Made by a program: the position numbers and the translations under genes
Origin: a virus
Taxonomy: Duplodnaviria > Caudoviricetes
Virus record (IMG/VR): IMGVR_UViG_3300005573_000100
Span: 1 to 61,959 of that record
DNA length: 61,959 nt
Reading direction: 5' to 3' (one strand)
In this document: positions 47,305 to 56,156 of the stretch, piece after piece
Layout of the letters: every line of letters starts with the position of its first letter
Numbering within the stretch: the first letter of the stretch is position 1
The notes under the pieces: generated by a model
Database searches by the model: none
What the model saw: only the letters and a program-made list of their open reading frames with translations
What the model was told of the DNA's origin: nothing

Positions 47305-49179
47305 ATGCCGAACATCACAGCTGACAAAGTTATAGCAGCATTGAATTTTGTCTATGATTGTATAGGGCCAAGTGGTACTGCCAAAACTATTCAATTCTAT
47401 GAAAAAAACAAAGACAAAATTCCCCAAGAACAAATAAAAGCCGGATGTGACTACCCAAATGCCAAAATTGTTTGTGAAAGAATGTTCAAATTTATCATAA
47501 CCGAACCATTTCTAAAATGCTACCTTTTTAGCCCATACCCTATAATAGTATATACAAGGTATAACTTTGTCGGACCGGTAAATAAAAGTTCGGCTACAGT
47601 GATTTTCGCACCGGTGAAAAACAGAACTTACTATGTCTGGTTATGGTCCGATACTAACCCACAAGGGGACATAAAATGGGAATCAGAGATGTTTAAAGCA
47701 GCCATGACACTAGGAGAGTTTAAAGGATATAATTTTAAACAACCATCGAAAATATTCCAAACCTTATGGGACGCTGCAGCAGGGGGTAACCCAAAAACCG
47801 ATTTCTTTCCATCAGATATAGAGGATCGGATGGATGCTTTGTCGTCATACGGATACTCTTTTGTGGACGGTGTTTACAAATTAAATATAAGTTTTACAAA
47901 ACGGGATCTAGGTCACTTCATACTAAAAAGCAAAACTCTGGAGACTATAGAAGGGCAAATATCAGGTCTCACAAGAATACCTATCTGTAATGCAACAAAA
48001 GATGATAAAAAAATAAATCTTGGATGGGACACGTTTCAATTTTTCGAGTGGGAAGACATATGTTTACCTGGGGTATCTTTAGGTGGAAAAAAAGGAGTAA
48101 AAGGAGCCAAAGAAGTCTTAGAACTAGCTGAGCTATCCATTGTCTCCCCCTGCGCTGGGGCTATGGTCTATGTATGGCCAGATCCTTGGGTATGGAAACA
48201 CACACTACGTGCAGAAGCATTTAATCCACCAATGTGGTATAGACCTACAGTTGGTTATCAACGTAAACAAAATACCCCAGCATATATTCAGATATACCAA
48301 CTTAATTCTGTAACATTGGAAGAAGCTATAAAACTAGAGAATCTTCGTCAACAGTACAGGTCAGAAAGGAAAAACGAAAAGCCAACTGAGTGGTCAACAT
48401 ATGTTAAAGGAGCACGCCCTACATTAGTAAAAGATGCGCTATTTCAAATCAATCAGACATTGAGCAAACAAACTTATTTCTACACAGACTTTATGATGAC
48501 AGAAATTGTCTATGGACAAGAAGAGGTAATGCAGTATGTTCCAACTAAACAAGGAAGGATATTATTCTTCGGTAAAGGTCCTATGACCTTACAGGTAACG
48601 GGGTTACTAATGAACACGGAAGATTTTCCGTGGAAAGATGAATTCCTGAAGAACTATAGACAGAATCTTGGTGGTAGTGACCTTGCAAAGGCTGGAAGAG
48701 TGGCTGCGTTCGTTTATGACAACTGGGCCCATCTTGGATATATCACAGCAATACAGATGCATGAAAGTGCCGATCGTGAAGATGCTGTTCTGTTCTCTTT
48801 CGTATTCATGGCAATTTTAGTCATAGAGCTTCCAAACAAAGTATATCCAGGCAAAGGACAAAAAGAACTTGAAGAAAGAAGAAAAGCTAGACTACAAATG
48901 GAAGATATTACCGGAAAAGAGCAGCACACTCCGTCAATACAAATAGAATATGCTCCTTTAATTGACCTACTTCTAAAGAAAATATTCCCTGGTCTTGGCC
49001 AAGACGCGATTCACAAGATAGGTGACCTAATCAGACTCACAGGCAAAGGCGCTCCTTTTCCATTCATAGGCATGACCGCAGTAAGTGACCTTATGCCAAG
49101 AGGAAGTGCTCTTGAGAAATCTTTGGCACCTTTTGATTTTGATGTACTAAGTAGTATAGGATATGGTATGCTAAGATAG
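47305..49179 (+). CDS. Baseplate/tail protein with tube-initiator-like C-terminal domain
   Basis: AGGAGG RBS before MPNIT; DFMMTEI..QEE.MQ...FFG..P.TLQVTG.L...GYI...M..S......FSF.F. Confidence 0.5.
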   Translation: MPNITADKVIAALNFVYDCIGPSGTAKTIQFYEKNKDKIPQEQIKAGCDYPNAKIVCERMFKFIITEPFLKCYLFSPYPIIVYTRYNFVGPVNKSSATVIFAPVKNRTYYVWLWSDTNPQGDIKWESEMFKAAMTLGEFKGYNFKQPSKIFQTLWDAAAGGNPKTDFFPSDIEDRMDALSSYGYSFVDGVYKLNISFTKRDLGHFILKSKTLETIEGQISGLTRIPICNATKDDKKINLGWDTFQFFEWEDICLPGVSLGGKKGVKGAKEVLELAELSIVSPCAGAMVYVWPDPWVWKHTLRAEAFNPPMWYRPTVGYQRKQNTPAYIQIYQLNSVTLEEAIKLENLRQQYRSERKNEKPTEWSTYVKGARPTLVKDALFQINQTLSKQTYFYTDFMMTEIVYGQEEVMQYVPTKQGRILFFGKGPMTLQVTGLLMNTEDFPWKDEFLKNYRQNLGGSDLAKAGRVAAFVYDNWAHLGYITAIQMHESADREDAVLFSFVFMAILVIELPNKVYPGKGQKELEERRKARLQMEDITGKEQHTPSIQIEYAPLIDLLLKKIFPGLGQDAIHKIGDLIRLTGKGAPFPFIGMTAVSDLMPRGSALEKSLAPFDFDVLSSIGYGMLR

Positions 49180-49191
49180 GAGGAAAAAACA

Positions 49192-49551
49192 TTGGAAGAC
49201 CCGGAAAGACTAACTCAGGCTATTCTCAAACTTATAGAAGACAATGATACCAGAGCATTAATAAAGTTCTTAGAGCTAGACATTGCCGAAAGTATCAAAA
49301 CCTCTGTTTCAAACATCGTCTCCTGCAAGGATAGTGATAAAGATAAAAAACATCTTGCTGAACTAATAAGAAACGAAGTTATATCCCATCCTGAAAGGTA
49401 CGAAAAAAAGACAGAAGAAATACTATCACTTCTTGATAAAGGAAGTATAATTGATCATCTCGTAATAATAAAAGAGCCATCATGGGGTGTTGCTTTGGCG
49501 ACCATTTTGATGCTAATAATGATAATTTTTATCCAGTGGTGTACAAGATGA
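49192..49551 (+). CDS. Hypothetical protein with C-terminal TM segment
   Basis: AGGAGG RBS; WGVALATILMLIMIIFIQW. Confidence 0.65.
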   Translation: MEDPERLTQAILKLIEDNDTRALIKFLELDIAESIKTSVSNIVSCKDSDKDKKHLAELIRNEVISHPERYEKKTEEILSLLDKGSIIDHLVIIKEPSWGVALATILMLIMIIFIQWCTR

Positions 49552-51515
49552 CAAACTATACAAGAGGTGAATATTTTGAACATACTGTATACCTTGAAGG
49601 TCTGCGGATAGCAGATAATGGGTGCACCATAGCTTATGGACTAAATCAGCCTGCAAGTGCGCTAATAAACGTAGATCCTCTTCCAGAATTCGAGCGCATA
49701 CCTGCAAGGTCGCTCGTAGTAATAACAGTTCCTGATTTTTTATCTCCAACATTAGAAAGACCAATATTCATGGGAGAAGTAGTTGAAAGCAGCTATTCTC
49801 ACACCCGTGCTGAAAGAACGATAACCATACATTGTATGGATTTAAGTCATTACTTTGATTTTTTAGAACTTTACTCGCTAATAATTGAAAACCCACTATC
49901 GTTTGCAGACAAATATGTAGACTTATCAGGAAGAGCCACCTATATTTGGAGCGGAGGGGCGTCACCAACGAGTCTGTCTGGGCATCTAGCTGCGATATTC
50001 AAAAATAGATCTTTGTTTTTGGGAATACACGATCTTCTTGAGGAACTAATAAATGGGTCGCATACATTTTTTAGGTGTATGAGCTACCTGCGTAGACTAC
50101 CAGATCTGGTAGCAGCGAATCAAGATGATACCCCAGAAAAGGCCTATGGTAAAGACTATGTGCAACATCTACTTGACCTAGATTCAGACCTTAAATCCGG
50201 CAAAGTCGTTAGCTACCGCCAAATCATAAACACGCTTTTTGGGTTTCTTGGCTATATGTGGATAGTAAACCCATCTCCAGCATTTATAGATATTAAACAC
50301 ACAAAAGGAGGAAAAGAAGAAAAAAGCTGGAGAGGTTTGACTAATATAATGTTTTTCCCAGCAGGAGCGTTCACCAGTCCACCCACGTGCAACATCATTT
50401 GGCCTGACTATATTCTAAGCTTAACACACAGAGAGACTAGACTACCTCTAACCAGATATACACTTGTGATGCCTAAAACTTTGACAAGAAGAGATACTGT
50501 TTTTCCAAGAGTAAACGTACCTAATGTGTTAGCACTATTAGAGGACAAAAGTAAGGCAAGTAAAGACATCCTTAAATGGTTGCATGAACTGATTCTGCCG
50601 AGTGAAGTGTTTTGCGGACCTATGTATAAGCTCGATGGTCTTAATATATCTTCTAGGCCTATTGCCAAAGTCTTGGGTGAAAACGAAACACAGTTCGCTA
50701 GATTCCAGGCGGTTCGTAACTATTTATTGAATAGGTTTGCAGGGCAAATGACCGTTACATTAAGGGGGATATACCCTTACATTGTTCCAGGACTTCCAGC
50801 TGTCGTAGTGGATGATCTAGGAAACGGTAAAAGAAAGATAGTTTTCGGAACAGTGGCACAACTAACCTACACTATGGGAAAGGGAAGCGTTCTAACTGAA
50901 GTAGTATTAGTCAATACCTATACTCCAGATGAAGACCCGGCTGCAGGAGCACCTACAAGCTATACCAGACAAACAACTAAAAGGCTTGACATGAGTAATC
51001 TAAACGCCCCAAGCGAAAAGGAAGAGTTCAGAGAGCCTCTAACAGAAGACAGTATGTTTGGGCTATCCTTTTCTCCGGATAAAGTAACAAAAGTCTATCA
51101 AAAACTGCTTGGGTGCAAATCGCTAAATGACTTTCTCAATTTGAGCGAAAATACTACAACTACTGAAACAAACAAAAATGCTTCCAAAGAAAAAGGCAAA
51201 AAGACAACCACAAAAACAGAAGAAAAAACTGCCGAAGAAACAAAAGAAATGCCACTTGTAGCAGCTAAAAGAGCTTTGGAAAAGTTAGACATAACAGAAG
51301 GAGTTAAATTGGCTTCATCATGGCGCCCCGGTATAACTTGGGAAGAATTAAAAGATTTTATGAGGTTAGGAGACAAAGTAGACCCATGGATAGAGATAGA
51401 GAAGAAAATAAACAGGCCAGTTCCTCAGTATCTGAAGACAGCAGTAAACTACCGCAGGGATTGGGCCAAACTTCTGACTATTCTGTCGAATCAGATGCAG
51501 GCGTTCAAAGGATAA
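49548..51515 (+). CDS. Baseplate hub-like (gp27/VgrG-type) protein
   Basis: VYLEG....C.I......ASA.I, IFMGEV....Y....ERTI.I.C.D; late T...G.YPYIVPG.P.VV.D, G.V..L.Y. Confidence 0.55.
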   Translation: MTNYTRGEYFEHTVYLEGLRIADNGCTIAYGLNQPASALINVDPLPEFERIPARSLVVITVPDFLSPTLERPIFMGEVVESSYSHTRAERTITIHCMDLSHYFDFLELYSLIIENPLSFADKYVDLSGRATYIWSGGASPTSLSGHLAAIFKNRSLFLGIHDLLEELINGSHTFFRCMSYLRRLPDLVAANQDDTPEKAYGKDYVQHLLDLDSDLKSGKVVSYRQIINTLFGFLGYMWIVNPSPAFIDIKHTKGGKEEKSWRGLTNIMFFPAGAFTSPPTCNIIWPDYILSLTHRETRLPLTRYTLVMPKTLTRRDTVFPRVNVPNVLALLEDKSKASKDILKWLHELILPSEVFCGPMYKLDGLNISSRPIAKVLGENETQFARFQAVRNYLLNRFAGQMTVTLRGIYPYIVPGLPAVVVDDLGNGKRKIVFGTVAQLTYTMGKGSVLTEVVLVNTYTPDEDPAAGAPTSYTRQTTKRLDMSNLNAPSEKEEFREPLTEDSMFGLSFSPDKVTKVYQKLLGCKSLNDFLNLSENTTTTETNKNASKEKGKKTTTKTEEKTAEETKEMPLVAAKRALEKLDITEGVKLASSWRPGITWEELKDFMRLGDKVDPWIEIEKKINRPVPQYLKTAVNYRRDWAKLLTILSNQMQAFKG

Positions 51516-52309
51516 TAGACCTACCCAAAAACACCAAAATTACTCTAAGCACAACGACACATGGAAATGGAGAAAGGCTAGACTTCCTTAAACGCAATAT
51601 AGAGTCATTAGACAATCAAATCTATCAAAACTGGGTCCAATACATAGTAATAGACCACTCTCCTCCTGAAGTGGTAGCTAAAATAGTAGAGTTGGTCAAA
51701 AAAAGCAAGTATCCGCATAGAAGAAGGGTAATAGCTCTGTCTGGGTGGAGACCTACAGGAATGTGGGGTAAATACTCTCACACCGTAGCAATACTCAAAT
51801 GTAAAACAGAGCTATTCGCATTCTATTGCGACGATAACTTTTATGCCCCTAATCACCTAGCGGATCTAATAGCCAAACAAGCAGAACAAGATTATGACAT
51901 AACATTCTCCTTTGGAGTTTCTACTAGAAATAAAAACTACTTTGTCTTGCGCAGATTCTGTTTGGGAGGCATAGACCTTGGTCAACCAATATTTCATATA
52001 AAATGTTTTGACAATATAATGTGCCTTCCAAGTAACTCTGTAAATAATTATGACTGGGACTGGCACATGATTAACAGGATAGCTGTATCAGGAGCATCCA
52101 TAGGATGGGTAGGAAAAACTACATTCTTTTTTGGTAAAAATATCAAAGAGACCGCTTGGCAAAAAGTAGTGGAAGTCTGGAAAGACTATTCACCAACACA
52201 AAGCCAAATAACCGAATTGGAACGAGATTTGGAAAAATACCCAAGAACCGGACTCATACGTCCAAGAAAGGAGGATAAGAATGAAAACGAAGATGAATCC
52301 GAAGGGTAA
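51320..52309 (+). CDS. Glycosyltransferase family 2 (start uncertain)
   Basis: L.R.IESL.NQ.YQNW..YIVID.S, FAFYCDDN.Y.PNHL..L, YDW. Confidence 0.75.
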   Translation: MAPRYNLGRIKRFYEVRRQSRPMDRDREENKQASSSVSEDSSKLPQGLGQTSDYSVESDAGVQRIIDLPKNTKITLSTTTHGNGERLDFLKRNIESLDNQIYQNWVQYIVIDHSPPEVVAKIVELVKKSKYPHRRRVIALSGWRPTGMWGKYSHTVAILKCKTELFAFYCDDNFYAPNHLADLIAKQAEQDYDITFSFGVSTRNKNYFVLRRFCLGGIDLGQPIFHIKCFDNIMCLPSNSVNNYDWDWHMINRIAVSGASIGWVGKTTFFFGKNIKETAWQKVVEVWKDYSPTQSQITELERDLEKYPRTGLIRPRKEDKNENEDESEG

Positions 52310-52508
52310 AAAAGTAAAATGTTTGGTTGTTGTAAGAGGCGACAAAATTGTAGAAGACAACCACGGTAGTTATTTAGTCTACAGAAGTGATGGATGGGAA
52401 TATGTAGAACCCGAACTAATCGAAGGAGAAAAGGTATACGAAGCCACAATAACAATAGAAGAAGAATTTGACCCAACAAAAGGATGTGAAAAATTTTACG
52501 AGGGTTAA
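52281..52508 (+). CDS. Hypothetical protein
   Basis: AGGAGG RBS. Confidence 0.65.
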   Translation: MKTKMNPKGKKVKCLVVVRGDKIVEDNHGSYLVYRSDGWEYVEPELIEGEKVYEATITIEEEFDPTKGCEKFYEG

Positions 52509-53089
52509 ACTGTTGGTTCTGTCGAAGTTTCTCCTACTAACGACGTCAAAAGCTTCTCTATTAGAGTAACCAATGAAATAAGATCATTAGATGGAAGAGA
52601 AGCATCAAACTTTATTTGAGCACTATAAACAAACACACCACCATCAGCAGCATTCCAAACATATTTAGTGGAGCAAGAGGCACGATGACTACCGCGTGCC
52701 TCTTTCATCCACTCTGTAAACAAATGCATATCCGATTTTGTTAGATCATTTATGACCAAATTAAGAACTAATTCTTGTGTGGCTTCAGATCCTTCTCTAA
52801 GTAGCTCAACCATCCGCAACTTTGTAAAAGCTGCTCTTGCATCAGCACTAAAAACAGCTACATTTTTAGGTCTCCATACAAGACGATATGCCTTTTTCAT
52901 ACCTGGAGTATCAGCCTCAGAAATACTGAAGAAATACCCACTGTCATCACTAAATAGTAATTTACTTTCAGTAACAGCCTCTCCTAGTTTAGAGACCCAT
53001 TCGTCATTTGGTAAATAGCTTTTTAATTGAAAACAATACTTTGGAATAATTGTCAATTTGATTCCTGCTCTTACTTTTGGCTTTTCCAT
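52505..53089 (-). CDS. Hypothetical protein
   Basis: GGGAG RBS; promoter TTGATT-17-TATCAT at 53113..53141. Confidence 0.7.
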   Translation of the reverse strand: MEKPKVRAGIKLTIIPKYCFQLKSYLPNDEWVSKLGEAVTESKLLFSDDSGYFFSISEADTPGMKKAYRLVWRPKNVAVFSADARAAFTKLRMVELLREGSEATQELVLNLVINDLTKSDMHLFTEWMKEARGSHRASCSTKYVWNAADGGVFVYSAQIKFDASLPSNDLISLVTLIEKLLTSLVGETSTEPTV

Positions 53090-53143
53090 TTATAACTCCC
53101 TTCTAAACGGAAATGATAGCACGAATTTTCGCAAAAATCAATA

Positions 53144-53647
53144 TCAAATGTGTTTGTCTACATATGAAGCTACTTTTGAATTTTTCCTCAGCTTTCTAAT
53201 AAGTGCGTTGACATCCTTCCTTTTGACTTTCACATATGGTTTTATTACCTCGCATATCCAGAGTATTCCAACATTGGATATTATTCTGAAGTTATATAAA
53301 AGTTGTTTGCCTGACCTGGGTAGCAAATATATTTTACCGAGTGGTATCTTTTTCTTTAGCCATTTTATTAACGGATAACATGTATTGGCTATAGCCAAAC
53401 GATCTCCTGAAAAAGACCCTTCTCCGTCTATGATTCCAGCTATGTAAGAAGCATCCCACTCAGTTAGTTTAGGAAGTTTTGGGAAAACCTCTCTTGAAGC
53501 AATCCTAAGTTCGCTGCGCATACGTTTAATAGCATCTGCAGACCTGTTAAGTTCTTTGGATAATTTGTCTAAATCTATGGAGCGTTTTCTTCTAACAAAT
53601 GAGATGCGTTTTATCTCTTGTTTCGTCCAGCGTCTACCAGTCATCAA
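53144..53647 (-). CDS. Free-standing LAGLIDADG homing endonuclease with N-terminal HTH
   Basis: ASYIAGIIDGEGSF; IANT...LI.WL; IKPYVKVKR; N-terminal RRWTKQE...LNRS.DAI. Confidence 0.85.
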   Translation of the reverse strand: MMTGRRWTKQEIKRISFVRRKRSIDLDKLSKELNRSADAIKRMRSELRIASREVFPKLPKLTEWDASYIAGIIDGEGSFSGDRLAIANTCYPLIKWLKKKIPLGKIYLLPRSGKQLLYNFRIISNVGILWICEVIKPYVKVKRKDVNALIRKLRKNSKVASYVDKHI

Positions 53648-53964
53648 CCACCACTAAATCTTCTATACAGCAAATATGCAGGTATTCCAAGTGCAAGTAG
53701 CTTACCTTTAAGAGCATTTTCTTTCATTAGTAATCGAGACATCTCTTTGTTGTATCCAGGCGGTCTTAGAGACCTGGCAAGAAGACCAAACGAGCCGAGC
53801 ATAAAAGCAGGACCAACAACAAGAGGGGCTATCTCAAGTGCTGCATCAAGATTCTTCTTATTAGCCAAACCCTTAAGTCTATTTAGTGCAGGAAAAGGCT
53901 TAACATTAGATTCCACCTGTTTAATTTCTCCTGCCTGAGGAATATGTTGGTCATGCTCGTCCAT
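53644..53964 (-). CDS. Small hydrophobic hypothetical protein
   Basis: Two hydrophobic segments; leaderless TATACT-7-ATG. Confidence 0.6.
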   Translation of the reverse strand: MDEHDQHIPQAGEIKQVESNVKPFPALNRLKGLANKKNLDAALEIAPLVVGPAFMLGSFGLLARSLRPPGYNKEMSRLLMKENALKGKLLALGIPAYLLYRRFSGG

Positions 53965-54046
53965 ATTGATTAGTATATATTATTACTAATAAATCGTATA
54001 GAGCAAATACTAATTCTGTACAACTAAAAAATAGGCATTTTTTTGT

Positions 54047-54064
54047 TATAACAATTACTGATAG
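54047..54064 (+). promoter_or_regulatory. Class A motif driving the Ubl operon
   Basis: ttttttgtTATAAcaattacTGATAGg. Confidence 0.6.
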
Positions 54065-54099
54065 GCAATTTCCCCAAAACCAGAAAGGAGAAGAGTAAT

Positions 54100-54321
54100 A
54101 TGGATGCGATTACAGGTTTTTTCATTGCGCTTGTCTTAGCGGCAAGCTACTTTGTAGGATGGATAATGACTTTTAACTTCTTGCATCAGAAAGACGAAAG
54201 TTCCCCAATAGCAGAAAAAATAGTTGTTGCTATGTTCTGGCCGATAATCTTCTCGATCAGAGCAGCCGCAATAATCGGTAAGTGGTGGAGGGACCACCAC
54301 AAAGAACTAACCAATACCTAA
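54100..54321 (+). CDS. Small two-TM membrane protein
   Basis: AGGAG RBS; two hydrophobic helices, FWP motif. Confidence 0.7.
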   Translation: MDAITGFFIALVLAASYFVGWIMTFNFLHQKDESSPIAEKIVVAMFWPIIFSIRAAAIIGKWWRDHHKELTNT

Positions 54322-54339
54322 AAAAAGGAGGTAAAAAGT

Positions 54340-54543
54340 ATGAAAGTAAACATAATCCAGATGGGTCATGCACTAAAGGCTGTGGAGATTAACGAAAACT
54401 CCACGGTTAGGGAAATCCTTGAGAAAGCAGATTTAGACGCCGAACACCACATTGTTACCCTGAATGGAAGGGAAGCATCATTAGATGACACAGTGCATGA
54501 AGGAGACATCATAGGGTTGGCTCCTATCGCAGAAGTAGGATAA
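54340..54543 (+). CDS. Ubiquitin-like beta-grasp protein (ThiS/MoaD-like)
   Basis: 67 aa; STVREIL, VTLNG..ASLD..VHEGDII.LAP, C-terminal Gly (AEVG); AGGAGGT RBS. Confidence 0.88.
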   Translation: MKVNIIQMGHALKAVEINENSTVREILEKADLDAEHHIVTLNGREASLDDTVHEGDIIGLAPIAEVG

Positions 54544-54583
54544 GTCTGTTTTATTCTGTTTTGGGGGACAAATTGCCAAAGAA

Positions 54584-54629
54584 GGGCAGGGGAGATATTG
54601 GGTTCACAAACTCATTATCTCCTTTGCCC
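54584..54629 (+). other. Long RNA hairpin between Ubl and downstream genes
   Basis: GGGCAGGGGAGATA/TATCTCCTTTGCCC plus an inner stem, with G-U pairs on the + strand; no U-tract. Confidence 0.6.
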
Positions 54630-54652
54630 AAATAAAAAAAGGAGGAATAAAA

Positions 54653-54853
54653 ATGCCAAAATTACAATGTAAAAATTGCGGCAATAAAGATAAATTTCTT
54701 GCAAAATGTGTTTACTCAGGTATTGTGGATGGGAAAGGAAAAAAATTAGTCGACTTTTCAATGGATGATCCACCAGAGTACCAATGTGCGAAGTGCGGTT
54801 CGAGCAAAATCAAAATAACTTTCGATAAGGAGGGAACATGGATATATTTGTGA
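54653..54853 (+). CDS. Zinc-ribbon protein
   Basis: CKNCGN...CAKCGS; AGGAGG RBS. Confidence 0.7.
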   Translation: MPKLQCKNCGNKDKFLAKCVYSGIVDGKGKKLVDFSMDDPPEYQCAKCGSSKIKITFDKEGTWIYL

Positions 54854-56154
54854 CAAATTATTTAAGAGAAAGACTGGATGCAGCTGGTCATACAGATGTT
54901 AAAATAGTATTAGCTGATCAGCTACCAGAAGACTTCAGTCAAAAGCAGCTTGTAGTTCTTCAGCCTAAAGACGACTGGGTAGAAAAAACAGTTCATGTGA
55001 ATGATTGGTCCTTTATAACTCGCGAGGGACCTCTTCGCATCCTCGAAAAATGGGTTTCACTTGATGGTGTTCTGATTGCCACAGGTTTAGGCAATACTGT
55101 TATCACAAACATAGACCTGGATAAAGCAATTGTCAACGATACAGAGCATATGTATATCAGAGCAGGGATCTCCGACCACATTATAAGCATGTTCGAAGAC
55201 GCTTGGCATCCCTTGGATTATTTTGCCAATTTAGGAAAATCACTTAACAAACTCAAAGGAGAATTCAAATCAACTTTGAATCACCTAAACGCGGTAATCA
55301 CCGATCACAGGACGAAAATTGCAGAGGAAACGAAAAAACTAAAAAAATACAAAGATATTGCTGAAAAATTAGATCCTGAAAAAGAGATTGAAGCAGAAAA
55401 AAAGCTGTTTCTTGAAATGCTTGAGATATTTTCATTGACAGGAGCATATGAAGATGCCGACGGACTAACGCTTGAGCTAAAAACACCACGTATAGAACTT
55501 GATGACTATGACCTTGGAGAGCTATCAGTACAGATTAAATTCCCTTCTGGGGAGGTAGTAATAGATGCACTAAAAGAGGGAAACTGCGATTATTGCCACC
55601 CCCATGTATCTTCTAGTGGAACCCCTTGTTTTGGGGGATATGAGGAGGTTTTTCATGAAGTTGCTTCGCAAGGGAGGGTAGGGACAGCGCTATCTTTGAT
55701 TTGGATGTTTTTGAAAACCTACAATCCAGAAAGCGCTTATGAACATCCAGAGGTTATAGAACATGGTTACTATAGAGAAAGCGATGATTATGATGAACCG
55801 GATTTTGATGAATGTGCAGAAAGGGCATTAGGAGGACAGTGCTATATATGCAGGTATCGAAGTGACTGCGACTACTCAGAAGATAAAATTCAAGAATGTA
55901 AGGATGTCCTTCCGCAGGTTTGCCATGGCTGTTCATATAATTTTTCTTGCACTTTACGCGTGGATATAGACCGTTGGAGAACCTGCGCAAAGTCAGCCAA
56001 GGGGGGTAAATGTGTTGATTGTGTCGAGGATGAATGTCCTTACGCAGACCCCTGTATAGATAGATGCAAGGACAATGCATCCGAAGAATTCTGCAAAAAT
56101 TGTGCATTCAAACCGTGTCCAATCTACAAGGATGCAATCGAACAAGGAGGATAA
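54838..56154 (+). CDS. E2/UBC-fold conjugating enzyme with coiled-coil and four Cys4 repeats
   Basis: HPHVSSSGTPCFG has the same His-to-Cys spacing as eukaryotic HPNI..NG.IC; FLKTYNP.SAY; four C-x7/8-C-x2-C-x4/5-C repeats. Confidence 0.75.
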   Translation: MDIFVTNYLRERLDAAGHTDVKIVLADQLPEDFSQKQLVVLQPKDDWVEKTVHVNDWSFITREGPLRILEKWVSLDGVLIATGLGNTVITNIDLDKAIVNDTEHMYIRAGISDHIISMFEDAWHPLDYFANLGKSLNKLKGEFKSTLNHLNAVITDHRTKIAEETKKLKKYKDIAEKLDPEKEIEAEKKLFLEMLEIFSLTGAYEDADGLTLELKTPRIELDDYDLGELSVQIKFPSGEVVIDALKEGNCDYCHPHVSSSGTPCFGGYEEVFHEVASQGRVGTALSLIWMFLKTYNPESAYEHPEVIEHGYYRESDDYDEPDFDECAERALGGQCYICRYRSDCDYSEDKIQECKDVLPQVCHGCSYNFSCTLRVDIDRWRTCAKSAKGGKCVDCVEDECPYADPCIDRCKDNASEEFCKNCAFKPCPIYKDAIEQGG

Positions 56155-56156
56155 AA

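Noticed and set aside
51320-51515. Functional dual-coding overlap or frameshift between the hub-like gene and GT2
   Set aside because: The GT2 start is simply uncertain and no slippery site was identified; evidence is insufficient
53144-53647. Intron- or intein-encoded endonuclease
   Set aside because: Flanking genes look complete and unrelated; it has its own start via ATGA overlap; no splice or intein motifs seen
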